A stretch of DNA of 63,734 nt from Octopus bimaculoides. Its lineage: Eukaryota. Numbering within the stretch: position 1 is the first letter of the stretch; each line of letters starts with the position of its first letter. The stretch covers positions 68,895,636-68,959,369 of the forward strand of contig NC_068989.1 in the NCBI RefSeq assembly GCF_001194135.2, given 5' to 3'. The translations under genes were made by a program, and so were the position numbers. Positions 26,783 to 39,480 of the stretch are shown piece by piece. Below the pieces are notes generated by a model that saw only the letters and a list, made by a program, of their open reading frames with translations, was not told the origin of the DNA and did no database searches.

Positions 26783-28064
26783 TGTCCAGGCAGCAGATAC
26801 TCTTCGGTATTTTACCCTCGTCATTATTATATCACTGAGTCGGTCGCTTTTTTGCTTTACCAACGCTATGCTTTCTCCGTCCGTACAGCTCTCAACTCTT
26901 TGACAGAATCGTAGGAGCACCGTCGCGACATACAGCGTGTATTGATTAGACCTGGCGGAGCCCATCCCTCTCCAAGTCCGACCAAGACTGATTTCTAAAA
27001 GAGAGAAGTGAGAGGAGAATCAACAACAGTACACAACTTGTGCTTTATTCATTGATCTCGAAAAGTCTAAAGGCAAAGTTGATCGCGGCCGGGTATGAAC
27101 TCAAGACGAAGAGAACCAGAACGATGGGTGTAAAACAATCTATCCGCTGCACTAACGATTCACCCAGTTGACCACCTTCAATACTGATATAGCAGGTAAA
27201 CGGAATCATAGGATTTTTGCTTACTGTCAAGCCCACGATACAATTACTTGCTTGCGACAACCGACGAAAGTAGATGAATTCGCACACCCACAACCCACCC
27301 AGCCAGCCCAAGAAACCAAATGACAAAAATATAAACATGACCTTTATCATTTTATAGAAACATGGCTTAAAATTCTGAGCACGACAACTTGTTTGTTTGT
27401 GCTTGTATTGTTCATGTTTAATTTGTTCAGCTTGTATTGTTCATTTCCAACTATCTCAGGAAGAAGCGTGTCAGTTGAAATATTAGTATCTCTACCCTGT
27501 GTTCAAAAATAGAGAGAAAAATAGCAAAAATCTCGAATAACACGTTTCTAAAGCGTTACGCATGGCTTGCTGTAAAATAACTAATTGCCATAACGTGTTG
27601 TTTATTTGCTAAAACACCAAAGGAAAATATAACAAATAACATTGAATAATGATTAAACAACAGTAGTAGCTAAGACAGTAGTATGGTTTGTATTTAATCT
27701 TTTTGAGCATTTGGTTCCAACCCTCTTGCCTCGGATTTGCAACTATTCTAAAATGATGAAATAATTATCAATTGTTTGAGAGTTACGCTTTAGTGAGCTC
27801 TGAATGGGCAGACCTATAGCAAAAGGCTTTCTAACTATAGCAGTTCCGTCTGCATGTTATCCAGTTTGTCTCTTAATTCTTCATTTTTTTTTTTTTTTAA
27901 TGGATGGCTTATGATTTAAGAAAGATTTAGCAGCTATTTCTAGCAGGTTACCAAGGAAGAGCTTCTCTTGTTGGTTCGATTAATTATCAGTAATCCATCT
28001 ATCCATTCATTCGTTCATTCATCCATTCATGCATTTATTCATGCATTTATTCACGCATACATTC

Positions 28065-28119
<55 letters not shown>

Positions 28120-28237
28120 CATGCACGCAAGTCTAGACGTGCAACTATATGTATGAGAATACATACATAAAACAAAACATACAAATCTATATATGCACAG
28201 ACTCCAAATACTGCACATATACATACATGTAAAAAAA

Positions 28238-28296
28238 TACCCTGTTGAAGTTGTTGAAATTTTAATGAAGGAGCCTTGGATCTAGTTTAGAGACCG

Positions 28297-28333
<37 letters not shown>

Positions 28334-28368
28334 TGGCAAGAAGTCTTGAAATAAAACTGAATAATGAC
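28238..28368. repeat. ~105-bp microsatellite-embedded repeat, copy 2, with an internal (CT)n expansion
   Basis: Homologous to 3578-3680. Confidence 0.8.
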
Positions 28369-28872
28369 ATACATACATACATACATACAAACCTATATAT
28401 ATATATATATATATACATACATACATACATACATACATACATACATTATATACATACACACACACACATATATACGTATGTATGGAATGTATGTGTGTAT
28501 ATATATACGTATTTACATAAATGCAAGCACACGCACGCACGAACACACGCACGAACACACACACACACACACACACGCGCGCACACACACACATGCACGT
28601 GCCTTCTCTTAAGTACAAACAAGCATGCACATATTCACAAATACAAATGCATTCTTTGATTGTCGTTCGATCCCTCTATGTACAATAAGACATTCACCTG
28701 CTGGCAGAGTCTTCTATGTCAACTTCAACGCCGGAAGAATTATTGTAACTTCGTAGGCATCCCACGTGACTTATATCCAGGAAACAACACATTGATCAAA
28801 GTCCAAGCCAGACCGAAATGATTGACGATTTTGGCTTGATTATCAACACTTTTGAGGTCATTAACTGAACCG

Positions 28873-28995
28873 TTAAAATGCATCAGTATTAAGGAGGACT
28901 TTGACTTTCCGTAGCAACTCCCGTGTGTAATATGTTGAGCTCAGACAGGTAACTCTTTTATCAGCCTTGTTTAAAAGTTTACAAGATTTGGGAAT
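28873..28995 (-). CDS. Candidate terminal exon of the nested antisense gene (IPKSCKLLNKADKRVTCLSSTYYTRELLRKVKVLLNTDAF*)
   Basis: Acceptor TTTTTACTTGCTCAG. Only phase 0 is open, matching the donor at 29638. It overlaps a competing plus-strand exon candidate. Confidence 0.35.
   Translation of the reverse strand: MPKSCKLLNKADKRVTCLSSTYYTRELLRKVKVLLNTDAF
28915..28948 (+). CDS. Candidate 34-nt exon (ATPVCNMLSSDR), phase 1 to 2
   Basis: CTTTGACTTTCCGTAG|..GACAG|GTAACT. One open frame, which bridges the 25375 and 30500 exons. Confidence 0.35.
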
Positions 28996-29122
28996 CTGAG
29001 CAAGTAAAAATCAAGTGTATAGTCTCTGTGGACACAAAGTAACACTCACTTCTGAAAGGATACACATCGATGTAATGTATTTCACAAGCTTATGTAATTA
29101 TCACCCCCGCACGAGTGAGCTG

Positions 29123-29241
29123 TTAACTCTTTTGTTTCTACATTTCTGCTGAACAAATTAAACATGAAATTTTGATGAAAGATTTTAATTTAAAACAAGA
29201 AGTTTGTGTCACAGAATCAATAGTGATATCAAAGGAGTTCA
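29123..29241. mobile_element. Short piggyBac-like MITE remnant
   Basis: TTAA-CTCTTTT..AAAGGAG-TTCA termini, with an internal match to 43991-44230. Confidence 0.5.
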
Positions 29242-29637
29242 ACATCTTATAGAGAGATTTTATAGCAAAGGAAAAAAGAGATATGTTTGTGTGTATACAC
29301 ACACACACACACACACACACACAAATACACTCATGCGCACAGACATGTAATGTATAAACACAGGATAAGATTCAGGTTTACATATATTTTTATCTTGTAC
29401 TTTTTGTGGCATGAACAGACTGTTAACTCAACTAGCTAACACTCTGAAAATATATGTGCAGTAGTGTAGTAACAGAGAAAAATGTCTTCTAGAATGTGAT
29501 CAGGTATATATATATAGCTGAAACAGTACTGAAGAAAATATACATGATTTCACGAAGTTACATTTCTGCCTTCCATAATGAATATCTAAGAATATCTATC
29601 ACACATGTGAAAATATTTTTGTAAATTTTATACGAAC

Positions 29638-29964
29638 CTGTTGGCGTACTCGAGCTCGTTCTAAAGCACGTTTCTTAAAGAACTCTATTTTCGTTTGTGC
29701 ATCCATTGTTTCGATGTTTGCTTTTGTCACTAGAATCACAGCATCGGACGATTCATCATTATCGAGCTTAGAAATATTCTCGTTTAAAAGTGAATCAGGT
29801 ATCTTGTTATTATTGTTCTGGTCTATTTCCGGACCATCTACATCAATTATTGGACTGAAACATTCAACTAACGGGAAGTTATACTTTATACTTCCATTTG
29901 AAGTGAAATCTTGAAAAAAGTTATATTTTTTGGTAGGTGTTATTGGCAATTTCTTCAAAGACAT
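29638..29964 (-). CDS. 109-codon coding exon of an unidentified protein (MSLKKLPITPTKK..KIEFFKKRALERARVRQQ); unspliced ORF is 121 aa, ending at 29599
   Basis: True ATG with an upstream in-frame TGA, non-repetitive protein-like composition in AT-rich DNA, and a donor CAG|GTTCGT at a codon boundary. Confidence 0.6.
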
Positions 29965-30499
29965 TCTTCTTGAAAATTTATGAGATCCCTTTCAATTAAA
30001 AAAAAAATGCTTTCAACACGTGTAATTATTTTTTTTATGAGCGTTGTAGCTTGTTATGTCACGACTTCGAAACTAAATACTACTAAAACACCCCTCTCAC
30101 TCTGCTCTTTCTCTCACTCTTTTTTCTTTCGTCAGCGAATTTACTTCAATATCATTAAGAAATCGGGGAAAAAATTAATTTTCACAATGCGAAAGTCACA
30201 ATAAAATTCAATATTTTGTTTCAATAAAATCCTTGTGAAAATTGTCTATTTTTGTGTGTGTGTGTGTGTCCTTAAAAGAAATTATCTCACACAATCAGAA
30301 CGCATAAAAAAAAATCATCCAATAAGCCTCTCACTGTATCCCTCTCAGTCTTCCAGTATAAATTAATACCAGATTTGAAGAAAATCAAATATTTTTTCTT
30401 TTTCTCTTTCTTTCTTCTTTTTTTCCTTTTTGATAATTATTCGATTGTCGAATGTCCTTGATTTAACTCTGGTTATTAACCTCTCTTGTCTCTCCACAG

Positions 30500-30516
30500 A
30501 AAAGAAGCTCTTAAAT
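30500..30516 (+). CDS. Candidate 17-nt micro-exon (KEALK)
   Basis: CTCTCTTGTCTCTCCACAG|AAAAGAAGCTCTTAAAT|GTAAGT, with near-consensus sites. Confidence 0.55.
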
Positions 30517-30945
30517 GTAAGTTGGTTGGGACGATATAAGATTTTCTGAGTCAGTGATAGAGACGATCCAATTTTTAGGAGGAATCTTTTGCAGTAACTT
30601 TTAAAGTCAAAGGGAAATGTATTGCCTACTTGCAATCGTATCCAGGAAAAAAAAGGAAATGAAAATCAAAGCAAAATGTTTGAAATTCAGGAATGGAAAT
30701 ATGCAAGATTTTTTCATATATTTTCGTTTATTTACGTTTAATTATTGCTAATTATCAACGACTGTTTATCGAGAAGGGATTATACTAACGATTGGTTAAA
30801 AACAACCACGCCAACAACGTGACGGTTCCAGATTCATAGGTAAACCCGCATGTGATTAAACGTGATCGTTAATCTCCGTTAAAGAGCTTTTGTAAATCCG
30901 GACATCAGCAGTAATAACAACAGCAGCAACAATTAAAACAGCAGT

Positions 30946-30981
<36 letters not shown>

Positions 30982-31681
30982 AAAAACGACAGCAATAAGA
31001 AAATGGCTGTTGATTTGTAAAATCATGTTTAACCATTTCGAAACAGTCAATTTGAGACGTAATAAACAATGTTAAAGGTTAACTTAACTCGTAATGGACG
31101 GCGGCGACAGCGGTGGTGGTGGTGGTGGTGGTGNNNNNNNNNNNNNNNNNNNNNNNNNNNNNNNNNNNNNNNNNNNNNNNNNNNNNNNNNNNNNNNNNNN
31201 NNNNNNNNNNNNNNNNNNNNNNNNNNNNNNNNNNNNNNNNNNNNNNNNNNNNNNNNNNNNGTGGCGGTGGCGGTGGTGGTGGTGGTTGTGGTGGCGGTGG
31301 TGATGATGATGATGATGATCGTGCTCAGTCATTCTCCGCATCATCATCATCATCATTATTACGAAACGGAGGAGGGTGCGGATGGTGGTGATGGAAATAA
31401 TGATGACAAAGACGACGACGATGAATAGGATGATGGTGATGAGGATCATGAAGAGGATGAGAAGGTGGGAGGAAGGCACAAATGCTAATGCTGATTCTGA
31501 TAATGATGAAACGACGATGATAATGATGATGAAGAGGATGGTGATGATAATGACTACAACGATCATGATTATGATGATGATAATGATGAAGAAGAGATCA
31601 ATGTAAGTGATGACTACGTGGGTGTGTATAATGGTATACCAGTCATGTTCTGAGGTTAATTCAATCAACTAGCCCCGCCCA

Positions 31682-31903
31682 CTAAGTGGTGGGGACATAA
31701 ACACTAACAGCGGTTGTTATGCAGTGGTAGGAGATAAACACACGCACACACACACACACACGCACACACACACGCACACACGCACGCACACACACACACA
31801 CACACACACGACGGGCTTCTTTCAGTTTCCAACTATCACATCCACTTACAAGACTTTGGTCCATCTGAGGCTGTAGTAGAAGACACCTGTTCAAGGTGCC
31901 AGG
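31682..31903 (-). mobile_element. Composite SINE (tail fragment, (CA)n, head), cut by a gap
   Basis: CGACGGGCTTCTTTCAGTTTCC..CACTTACAAGACTTTGGTC..CAAGGTGCCA. Confidence 0.8.
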
Positions 31904-32484
31904 NNNNNNNNNNNNNNNNNNNNNNNNNNNNNNNNNNNNNNNNNNNNNNNNNNNNNNNNNNNNNNNNNNNNNNNNNNNNNNNNNNNNNNNNNNNNNNNNN
32001 NNNNNNNNNNNNNNNNNNNNNNNNNNNNNNNNNNNNNNNNNNNNNNNNNNNNNNNNNNNNNNNNNNNNNNNNNNNNNNNNNNNNNNNNNNNNNNNNNNNN
32101 NNNNNNNNNNNNNNNNNNNNNNNNNNNNNNNNNNNNNNNNNNNNNNNNNNNNNNNNNNNNNATATACATATATATATGCATATATATACGTAGATAGATA
32201 GATAGATAGATAAGAAACGAGGGCTTTCAATATTGTATTGGTAAATTTTAATTATGTAATACAATTTGCAGTTGAAGAACAATTGCGATTGGCTACAGAG
32301 TGTTTCGTGTGGTTATGTAATAATTACGTAATACACTCATCGGCCCACTCTGGATGAATAATCCCTCGAAACAGTCTGTAGCCAATAGCAATGAAGGCCT
32401 TATATTTAATTGCATTACATATACATAGCTACACACACACACACACACACACTCATGCATATTCCATTACTGTCTCTCTCTCTA

Positions 32485-32527
<43 letters not shown>

Positions 32528-32603
32528 ATATATATTATATATTAGGGAGAATATACAAATAATAACAACAGACGAGGACAGGTGGTGTAAATAACAAAAG
32601 TAT

Positions 32604-32705
32604 ATATTAGTATGACGCTCGGGAATACGGAAAGTCTTTGACGTTTCGAGCTACGCTCTTCAACAGAAAGAATACGGAGACAAGGAGAAAAACACGGAGA
32701 AAAAA
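32604..32705 (-). mobile_element. Penelope-like terminal repeat fragment with minimal hammerhead-like motif, copy 2
   Basis: Minus strand TCTTT-CTGTTGA-A-GAGC-GTA-GCTC-GAAA-C-GTC-AAAGA. Confidence 0.55.
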
Positions 32706-33224
32706 AATTGAATAGTGTTCAGTCAACGGTCAAGTATATCATATATGTATACATATATATGCATATATAAATATACCTATATATATAAATGTGTATGTGT
32801 GTGTGTGAGTGTGTGTGTGTGTGTGTGTAATATATATATATGAGAAATAGGGACAAACATAAGTTTATATTATAGTTCCTACGCGCGTTTCACCATTATG
32901 GTCGTCTAGAACCCCGCAATAGGTGTACCATGTGCAATTAGATGCTCGACGATAACGAATCATCAGGGAACGATGTATTGCATTAAGTTACAGATAACTA
33001 CGTCCCTATAAATACATGTATGCATACATGCATACATGCATGCATACATGCATGCATACATACATGCATGCATACGTACGCTCGTGTATGTGTTTGCGTA
33101 TGTATGTGTTTGTGTGTGTGTGTTTTAAAATTTATACTAATTTTGCCGAGAACAAAGTTGGCGGAGTTCATGTCAAATAACATGATGTTAATGGGCAAAA
33201 AGGGTAGAGACCCCCAACCCCCCT

Positions 33225-33520
33225 TGGTCTTGACTGACCATGGGATTGCACTTAGTAAGTTAGCCTCCCATGCACATGTCAGGGCAAGGTTGTTTTATGG
33301 ATGACCAGCAGTCGCCCATGCATACCAGCCCCCCCCCCCCNNNNNNNNNNNNNNNNNNNNACACACACACACCTCTCCACGCCACCGATATTATCCAAGG
33401 GAAAAGCAAAGGCCGATACAGCTTGGCACCCATGACGTCACAACTCAAATCTACAGATGAATGAGATGGAGCAACGCGAAATAAAGTGTTTTGCTCGAGA
33501 ACACAACACAGTCTTGTACG
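33225..33520 (-). mobile_element. SINE fragment (CTCGAGCAAAACACTT core with a GC-rich tail)
   Basis: GGAGCAACGCGAAATAAAGTGTTTTGCTCGAGAACACAAC is the reverse complement of the core seen at 58320-58360. Confidence 0.6.
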
Positions 33521-33794
33521 GGACACACATGCACATATATATAAGATAATATATATAGATAACTGTCCTTGTGGTGACCTTCGCCAAGGAATAAGTTCTC
33601 GGCTGGCCGCGTTAATGATTATTCTTCTTGTAACATATTTCTTTGCTGCTATAATTCATTGACATTTGTAAGAGATCAAAAGAAATCAGAAATAAAATAT
33701 AAGCAGTGGAAATGGAATATAATCAGTTTGTGGGGGGTGGGGGGCAGGTGAGTGTGAATGTGTGTGTTTGTATGTATGCTTGTATGCATGTATG

Positions 33795-33965
33795 CCGGGT
33801 CGGCTCAAGGTACCGGCAACTGGAGCAGTTGCCCGGGGTGCCATATGGTTTTTAGTCTACGTTTTTAGTTTTTCTCGTGAAAGTTTAAAAAGAAAGACAC
33901 TTGTAAGTAAGGGCGCCGAAGTTCAGCTTGTCCCCGGGGTGCCAGCAACCCTAGAGCTGGCCATG
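33795..33965. mobile_element. 171-bp hAT-type MITE with an exact 8-bp TSD
   Basis: Termini CCGGGTCGGCTCAAGG and (reverse complement) CATGGCCAGCTCTAGG, with CATGTATG at both 33787-33794 and 33966-33973. Confidence 0.75.
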
Positions 33966-34884
33966 CATGTATGCATGTATGTTTGTGTGTTTATATATTT
34001 GTATATAGGTATAGAATTTAGTATATAGGTTATTTCCAAAGTGTTTTATGAAGAATTCGAATATGCAGATATTTGTGGCTAGTGATGTTATATTTTTACA
34101 GATTTCGTCTAGCCTTCAGCAAAACAGTAAAATTCTTGAATAGTTCTACTGTAATAGCAAGCCATTTTACCTTAATTTCCTCCTTAGCATTAATTACAAT
34201 TTACTTTTTACATTTTTCATGTATGTCACCTTATGATCATTAACCTTAAAGTCTTCTTACAATTTCAAATTTAAGAAAAAAAATCGTGTTTGCGTGACAA
34301 TTTAAAATTGCAGAAGACAGCTGTTGTTCTACAGCACCATATTTATTTATTTACTTATTCTATTTTTCACAAATAACCTGACAGCATTATTTCGATTAGT
34401 TTCACTTCTTTTAAACTTTACGGACATCAGACTTAAGTTTATTTCCGTTCCATCTGTCAATGATTCGAACAAACGCATATTTCTCTCATTATCTTTATTT
34501 TATTGTTGTTGTTGTTGTTGTTGTTGAATTTTTCGACGTTGCCGCCATTTTTACTACAATTTTTCTTCATTTGTTTATTTATTTATTTATTTGTTTATTT
34601 ATGTTTTTGAAATTGTTGTTGCTCTAAACGTTGTTGCTATGACCTTTGCGTTTCCGCAGTTTTAGCTGTTGTTAGTCTTGGTTTTCTACACATTACTGTT
34701 ATTAAACTAACTCCTACCGTTACTGCCGTTGCTACTGCTGCTGCTGCTGCTACTGCTGCTTCTTTCGCTGTATTAGTCGTGTTTATTAATTAGCGAACAC
34801 CTGAAATGCATTTCTTTTGCCTTTACTCACTCGCGATTGATGTCTAGGCGGCATTGTTTATCTAAGCCCTACTAATTAGTCTCC

Positions 34885-34977
34885 CTCAAGAGGGCATCTG
34901 AGAAAACTTCAGCAAAGCTGAACAAAACTACTTTGGGGACTTGGAATGGGAGAGGAGGATTGTCGCAAACTTCAAAG
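34885..34977 (+). pseudogene. Possible LINE endonuclease N-terminal remnant
   Basis: KLNKTTLGTWNGRG resembles the APE-domain motif I(G/A)TWNVRG. The match is short. Confidence 0.3.
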
Positions 34978-35449
34978 GTGCGTAGCTTGTTCTCTCTCTC
35001 TCTTTATCTCTGTCTCTTTCTCTCTTTGCAGGAAGGGACCCAGCATTTAGTCATCGATTCTCCCTTTAATAGGCCCTGTTTCTCATTTCCATCGACATCC
35101 AGGTGTTCCTTGGCATATTATGATATATCTACAGGAGTAGCCAGTCCTAAAATTGCACGTCTTTTCGTTGTGGACAGAGAAAACTTAGGCAAGAGAATTA
35201 CTAAATCCATTTCGAGAAAAGAAAAATTAGAAGGAAAAAGTAACATGGATACGATACATAAAACATAAATGTGATGGCTGAGTACATAATTACATACACT
35301 CAGTGATACTACTGCTGCTGCTGCTGCTGCTAATGATGGTGATGATGGTGGTGGTGATGGTGGCGAAGGTGGTGGTGACGGTGGTAGTGCGATGATGATG
35401 ATGATAATGATGATGAAGACGACGATGACGACGGTGATGGTGGTACTTG

Positions 35450-35491
<42 letters not shown>

Positions 35492-37249
35492 CGACGATAA
35501 TTGCAGTGGTGGTGTTGATGGTGGTGGTGGTGGTGGTGGTGATCACGATGATGACCACGAAGACGACGAAGTTGATCATAGTCTGCTTCTGTTGCTGCTG
35601 ATGATGATGATGACGAACATGATGACGATGATGACAATGATGACGACGATGACGATGAAGAATGAAAAAAGAATTGTAGTGGCTTTCAAATCGCAACTTC
35701 AACCGTTTTTTCTTTTTACCTTAACCTAATTAAAAAGAAAAAAGCAAAAATGAAATTCAGATGTAAAAAAAGAAAATCTACCCATTTTTCTTCTTCTTTT
35801 CTTTTCTTTTCAGTAAATCATTCACTCACCTCTCACCCACACACCTTTTTTCTANNNNNNNNNNNNNNNNNNNNNNNNNNNNNNNNNNNNNNNNNNNNNN
35901 NNNNNNNNNNNNNNNNNNNNNNNNNNNNNNNNNNNNNNNNNNNNNNNNNNNNNNNNNNNNNNNNNNNNNNNNNNNNNNNNNNNNNNNNNNNNNNNNNNNN
36001 NNNNNNNNNNNNNNNNNNNNNNNNNNNNNNNNNNNNNNNNNNNNNNNNNNNNNNNNNNNNNNNNNNNNNNNNNNNNNNNNNNNNNNNNNNNNNNNNNNNN
36101 NNNNNNNNNNNNNNNNNNNNNNNNNNNNNNNNNNNNNNNNNNNNNNNNNNNNNNNNNNNNNNNNNNNNNNNNNNNNNNNNNNNNNNNNNNNNNNNNNNNN
36201 NNNNNNNNNNNNNNNNNNNNNNNNNNNNNNNNNNNNNNNNNNNNNNNNNNNNNNNNNNNNNNNNNNNNNNNNNNNNNNNNNNNNNNNNNNNNNNNNNNNN
36301 NNNNNNNNNNNNNNNNNNNNNNNNNNNNNNNNNNNNNNNNNNNNNNNNNNNNNNNNNNNNNNNNNNNNNNNNNNNNNNNNNNNNNNNNNNNNNNNNNNNN
36401 NNNNNNNNNNNNNNNNNNNNNNNNNNNNNNNNNNNNNNNNNNNNNNNNNNNNNNNNNNNNNNNNNNNNNNNNNNNNNNNNNNNNNNNNNNNNNNNNNNNN
36501 NNNNNNNNNNNNNNNNNNNNNNNNNNNNNNNNNNNNNNNNNNNNNNNNNNNNNNNNNNNNNNNNNNNNNNNNNNNNNNNNNNNNNNNNNNNNNNNNNNNN
36601 NNNNNNNNNNNNNNNNNNNNNNNNNNNNNNNNNNNTATATATATTGATTTCTGTATAATAGTTACTTGTGAAATTTCTGCAAAGTGAATGGATAATCGAT
36701 TAAACAGAACTCGTAACATACAGGTATTTGATCAACTCTTAACATGATTTTAACTGGAAGCACAAAGAAAGGGAACTAAATATTACAAAGCATTGCGAAC
36801 GGTGGATTGCTTTGCGATTATTTCTTCTGGCGCTATACGTTCTTAGTTCAATCCCCACTGGTATCAACTTTGCCTATTATCCTTTTGAAGTTGATGAAAG
36901 AAAAGCACCGGGGCCGAGTCACTAGCCCTTATCAACACACACACACACATACACGCAGGCAGGCACACCTTCATTTTAGAACCACCAATACTTTATTATC
37001 TCCCCTTCTTTCAACCTCTCCTGTCAAACCTTTTTATTTTTCCAACTAGTTGCCAGGCTTTACCGCTAAATCTACAAGTTTTTTTTTATATTCTCTTTCT
37101 GCTTATTTTCTCGTATTCCTTTCTGTTGAAGAGCGTCAAACTAATGCACCTGCTTATTGTTCATGCACCTATCTTCGTCTTTTGTTTTTCTGTAAATTTC
37201 AACTATATATTCATATATATACATGTGAATGCGTGTGTGTGTATGTGTG

Positions 37250-37317
<68 letters not shown>

Positions 37318-38338
37318 AGTATGGCTTGAGGGAAAGAATCAGATGTTGAATATGAAAATATGGGGGAGCGAGAGAAGGCAAGACATTGGATCAAATGTCA
37401 TACTGTAGGATCGAGCCTGGGATGTCAGTACTGTGAAGCGAACATGTTGACCACTCGACCACGCCTGTAGCCATAACACACGCGCACACACGCACGCACA
37501 CTCGCACGTATACACACGATTCGATAACATGGCTCTCGTTAAAGAATGACAATGTCGGTTTGGGCAGATAATTTTAATGTGCGATCCACTCAACATGGTT
37601 TTTACTATATAATAATAGAATGTAGGTTTGAACCGAATCCTCTTGTAATTTACAATTCACTCAACACGGCTTAGCCTGTAGAATAACAGAATATAGGTTT
37701 GTGTGAATAATCTTGCATATTACGAATCACTCAACGTGACTCTCAAATCAAAGTGTTCCTTTTTTCTTCTTTTTCTTTTTATTGAAATCGTAGATAGATG
37801 GCCGAATCGATATGACGCTCGAACTGCTAGCCAAAATATCGATATTTTTGTCTCATGACTACGGCTTTGTGATGTCTTTCACATCTAAGACATTTAACTC
37901 CTGCTGACACAATCCGCCTAGCTGTTACTTCGATCATGAATCAGAATTTAGTCGCAAAGTCAACTTGCCGAAAGTTTATTTCTGCTCTAAGCACTCACCT
38001 ACCTTATGTTGTTATTGATTTCATACATAGTTACAAAGGTTCAGATACATGGGGGAAGAGAAACGAGATTGTGTGATGTGCATGCATGCTGGAACCTTCA
38101 CTTAGTTCTCTGGAGCGTTTACCACATTATCGGATCGAAATATACCAATATTAAGATATTGATATCTTTCGACTAGATAATACAAAGCTGATTTTCACTT
38201 AGACGATTAAAACTATGGATGATTTTTCTGTATATTACAGGTATAACTTGGGACTATAAAATAAAAACTAAATTTATCAATGTTTTTAGATCAGCGCTCT
38301 ACCTCTTTCTGTTTTTGCTAACTTCCGTGATAATTTTT

Positions 38339-38380
<42 letters not shown>

Positions 38381-38386
<6 letters not shown>

Positions 38387-38614
38387 TGGCCAAAAGTCAC
38401 CTGACAGTAAATCAAAACCATTTAATTCCAAGATTTATTTATGTTTAACAACTGAATGAATTTAATAACACCATCTAGATATAAAGCATCATGAAAATAG
38501 TTCAAACTGAAGTCCTTCTCGAGCGACACCATTTCCCCAAATGAATAAATAAAATTGAATATTATGTATTTATGGAATTTCGATTTATTGTCGGGTGACT
38601 TTTGGCCAATCCTG
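38381..38614. mobile_element. 234-bp Tc1/mariner-type MITE in (TA)n
   Basis: 33-bp TIRs TAGGGTTGGCCAAAAGTCACCTGACAGTAAATC and (reverse complement) CAGGATTGGCCAAAAGTCACCCGACAATAAATC, with TA flanks. Confidence 0.85.
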
Positions 38615-39084
38615 TATATATGAGGATACTTTAAGCCGTCCAATGACTCTCTCATGGGCGTAAGCGATGAAAACGTGGTGAAATGGATGCAATTACATCT
38701 ATAAAAAAAAACCGAGGCGCGAATCATTTATTTCGTTAAGAGTACCATTAAACCTATGTCACTCATTTCTCTTCTACGCTTGAATGCAATAACGCGCAGT
38801 TACAAATAGTTATTTCGAATACCCTATTTCAATTCAGCCTTATCTAAAGTAAAGATATACAAGTTGATTCGGCCTGCACTGCTTCACTCAAATCTTTTTT
38901 TCTTAGTTATCTAAACAAAAATGGAAGTTGACTATTAAACTATAGAAAAATCAAATACCGTGGTTGTATGAAAGAGTAAGCTTAGCAAAAAGTGTTTATC
39001 TGTTTATTTATTTATTGTTTTATTCCTTATTCATGTAGTAGTGAAATAAAGGGGTTGATGTTATCGACTTCACCCCTTCCGTGC

Positions 39085-39480
39085 AGAATTGTTACCACGT
39101 CGGACAAAATGCATTGAGGCATTTCTTCTGACTCATGTTCTGAGTTCCAATTCCGCCGAGATCGATTTTGCTTTTATCCTTTCGAGCTCGATAAAATAAA
39201 TACCAGACAAAATTTCAGGCCTTGTGCCAATGGTAGAAAAAAAACATTATTATTTTTGTTAATGGCAGTGAGGTTGTGGAAGCGATAGCGCGTCGGACGA
39301 AGTGTTTAGCGATATTTCTTCCGGCTTTTATGTTGTGAGTTCAAATGCCACCGAAGTCAAATTTACCTTTTATCATTTTGAAGTTGATAAAATAAAGTAC
39401 CAGTCATGTACTGGTGTCATGGTACGACTAACCCCATTCTCAAAATCGTTGGCTTTGTGCTTAAATCAGAAACCATCATA
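39085..39480 (+). mobile_element. Two tandem degenerate copies of the abundant SINE
   Basis: TGAGTTCCAATTCCGCCGAGATCGATTTTGC and TGAGTTCAAATGCCACCGAAGTCAA cores. Confidence 0.75.

Noticed and set aside
31069-31668. Poly-G/D/H/M ORFs over a GGT/GAT mosaic
   Set aside because: Cryptic trinucleotide repeat. The D-rich frame has stops and there is no credible acceptor before the GTAAGT at about 31605.
35032-35268. 79-codon frame after a CT-rich acceptor (EGTQHLVIDSPF..)
   Set aside because: The acceptor is a CT microsatellite, the implied intron is only 54 bp, and the upstream part looks LINE-derived. No recognisable protein.
35118-35702. His/Thr/Ile-rich ORFs (194 aa, 115 aa)
   Set aside because: GAT/GGT/GAC trinucleotide mosaic that is open in several frames for compositional reasons.
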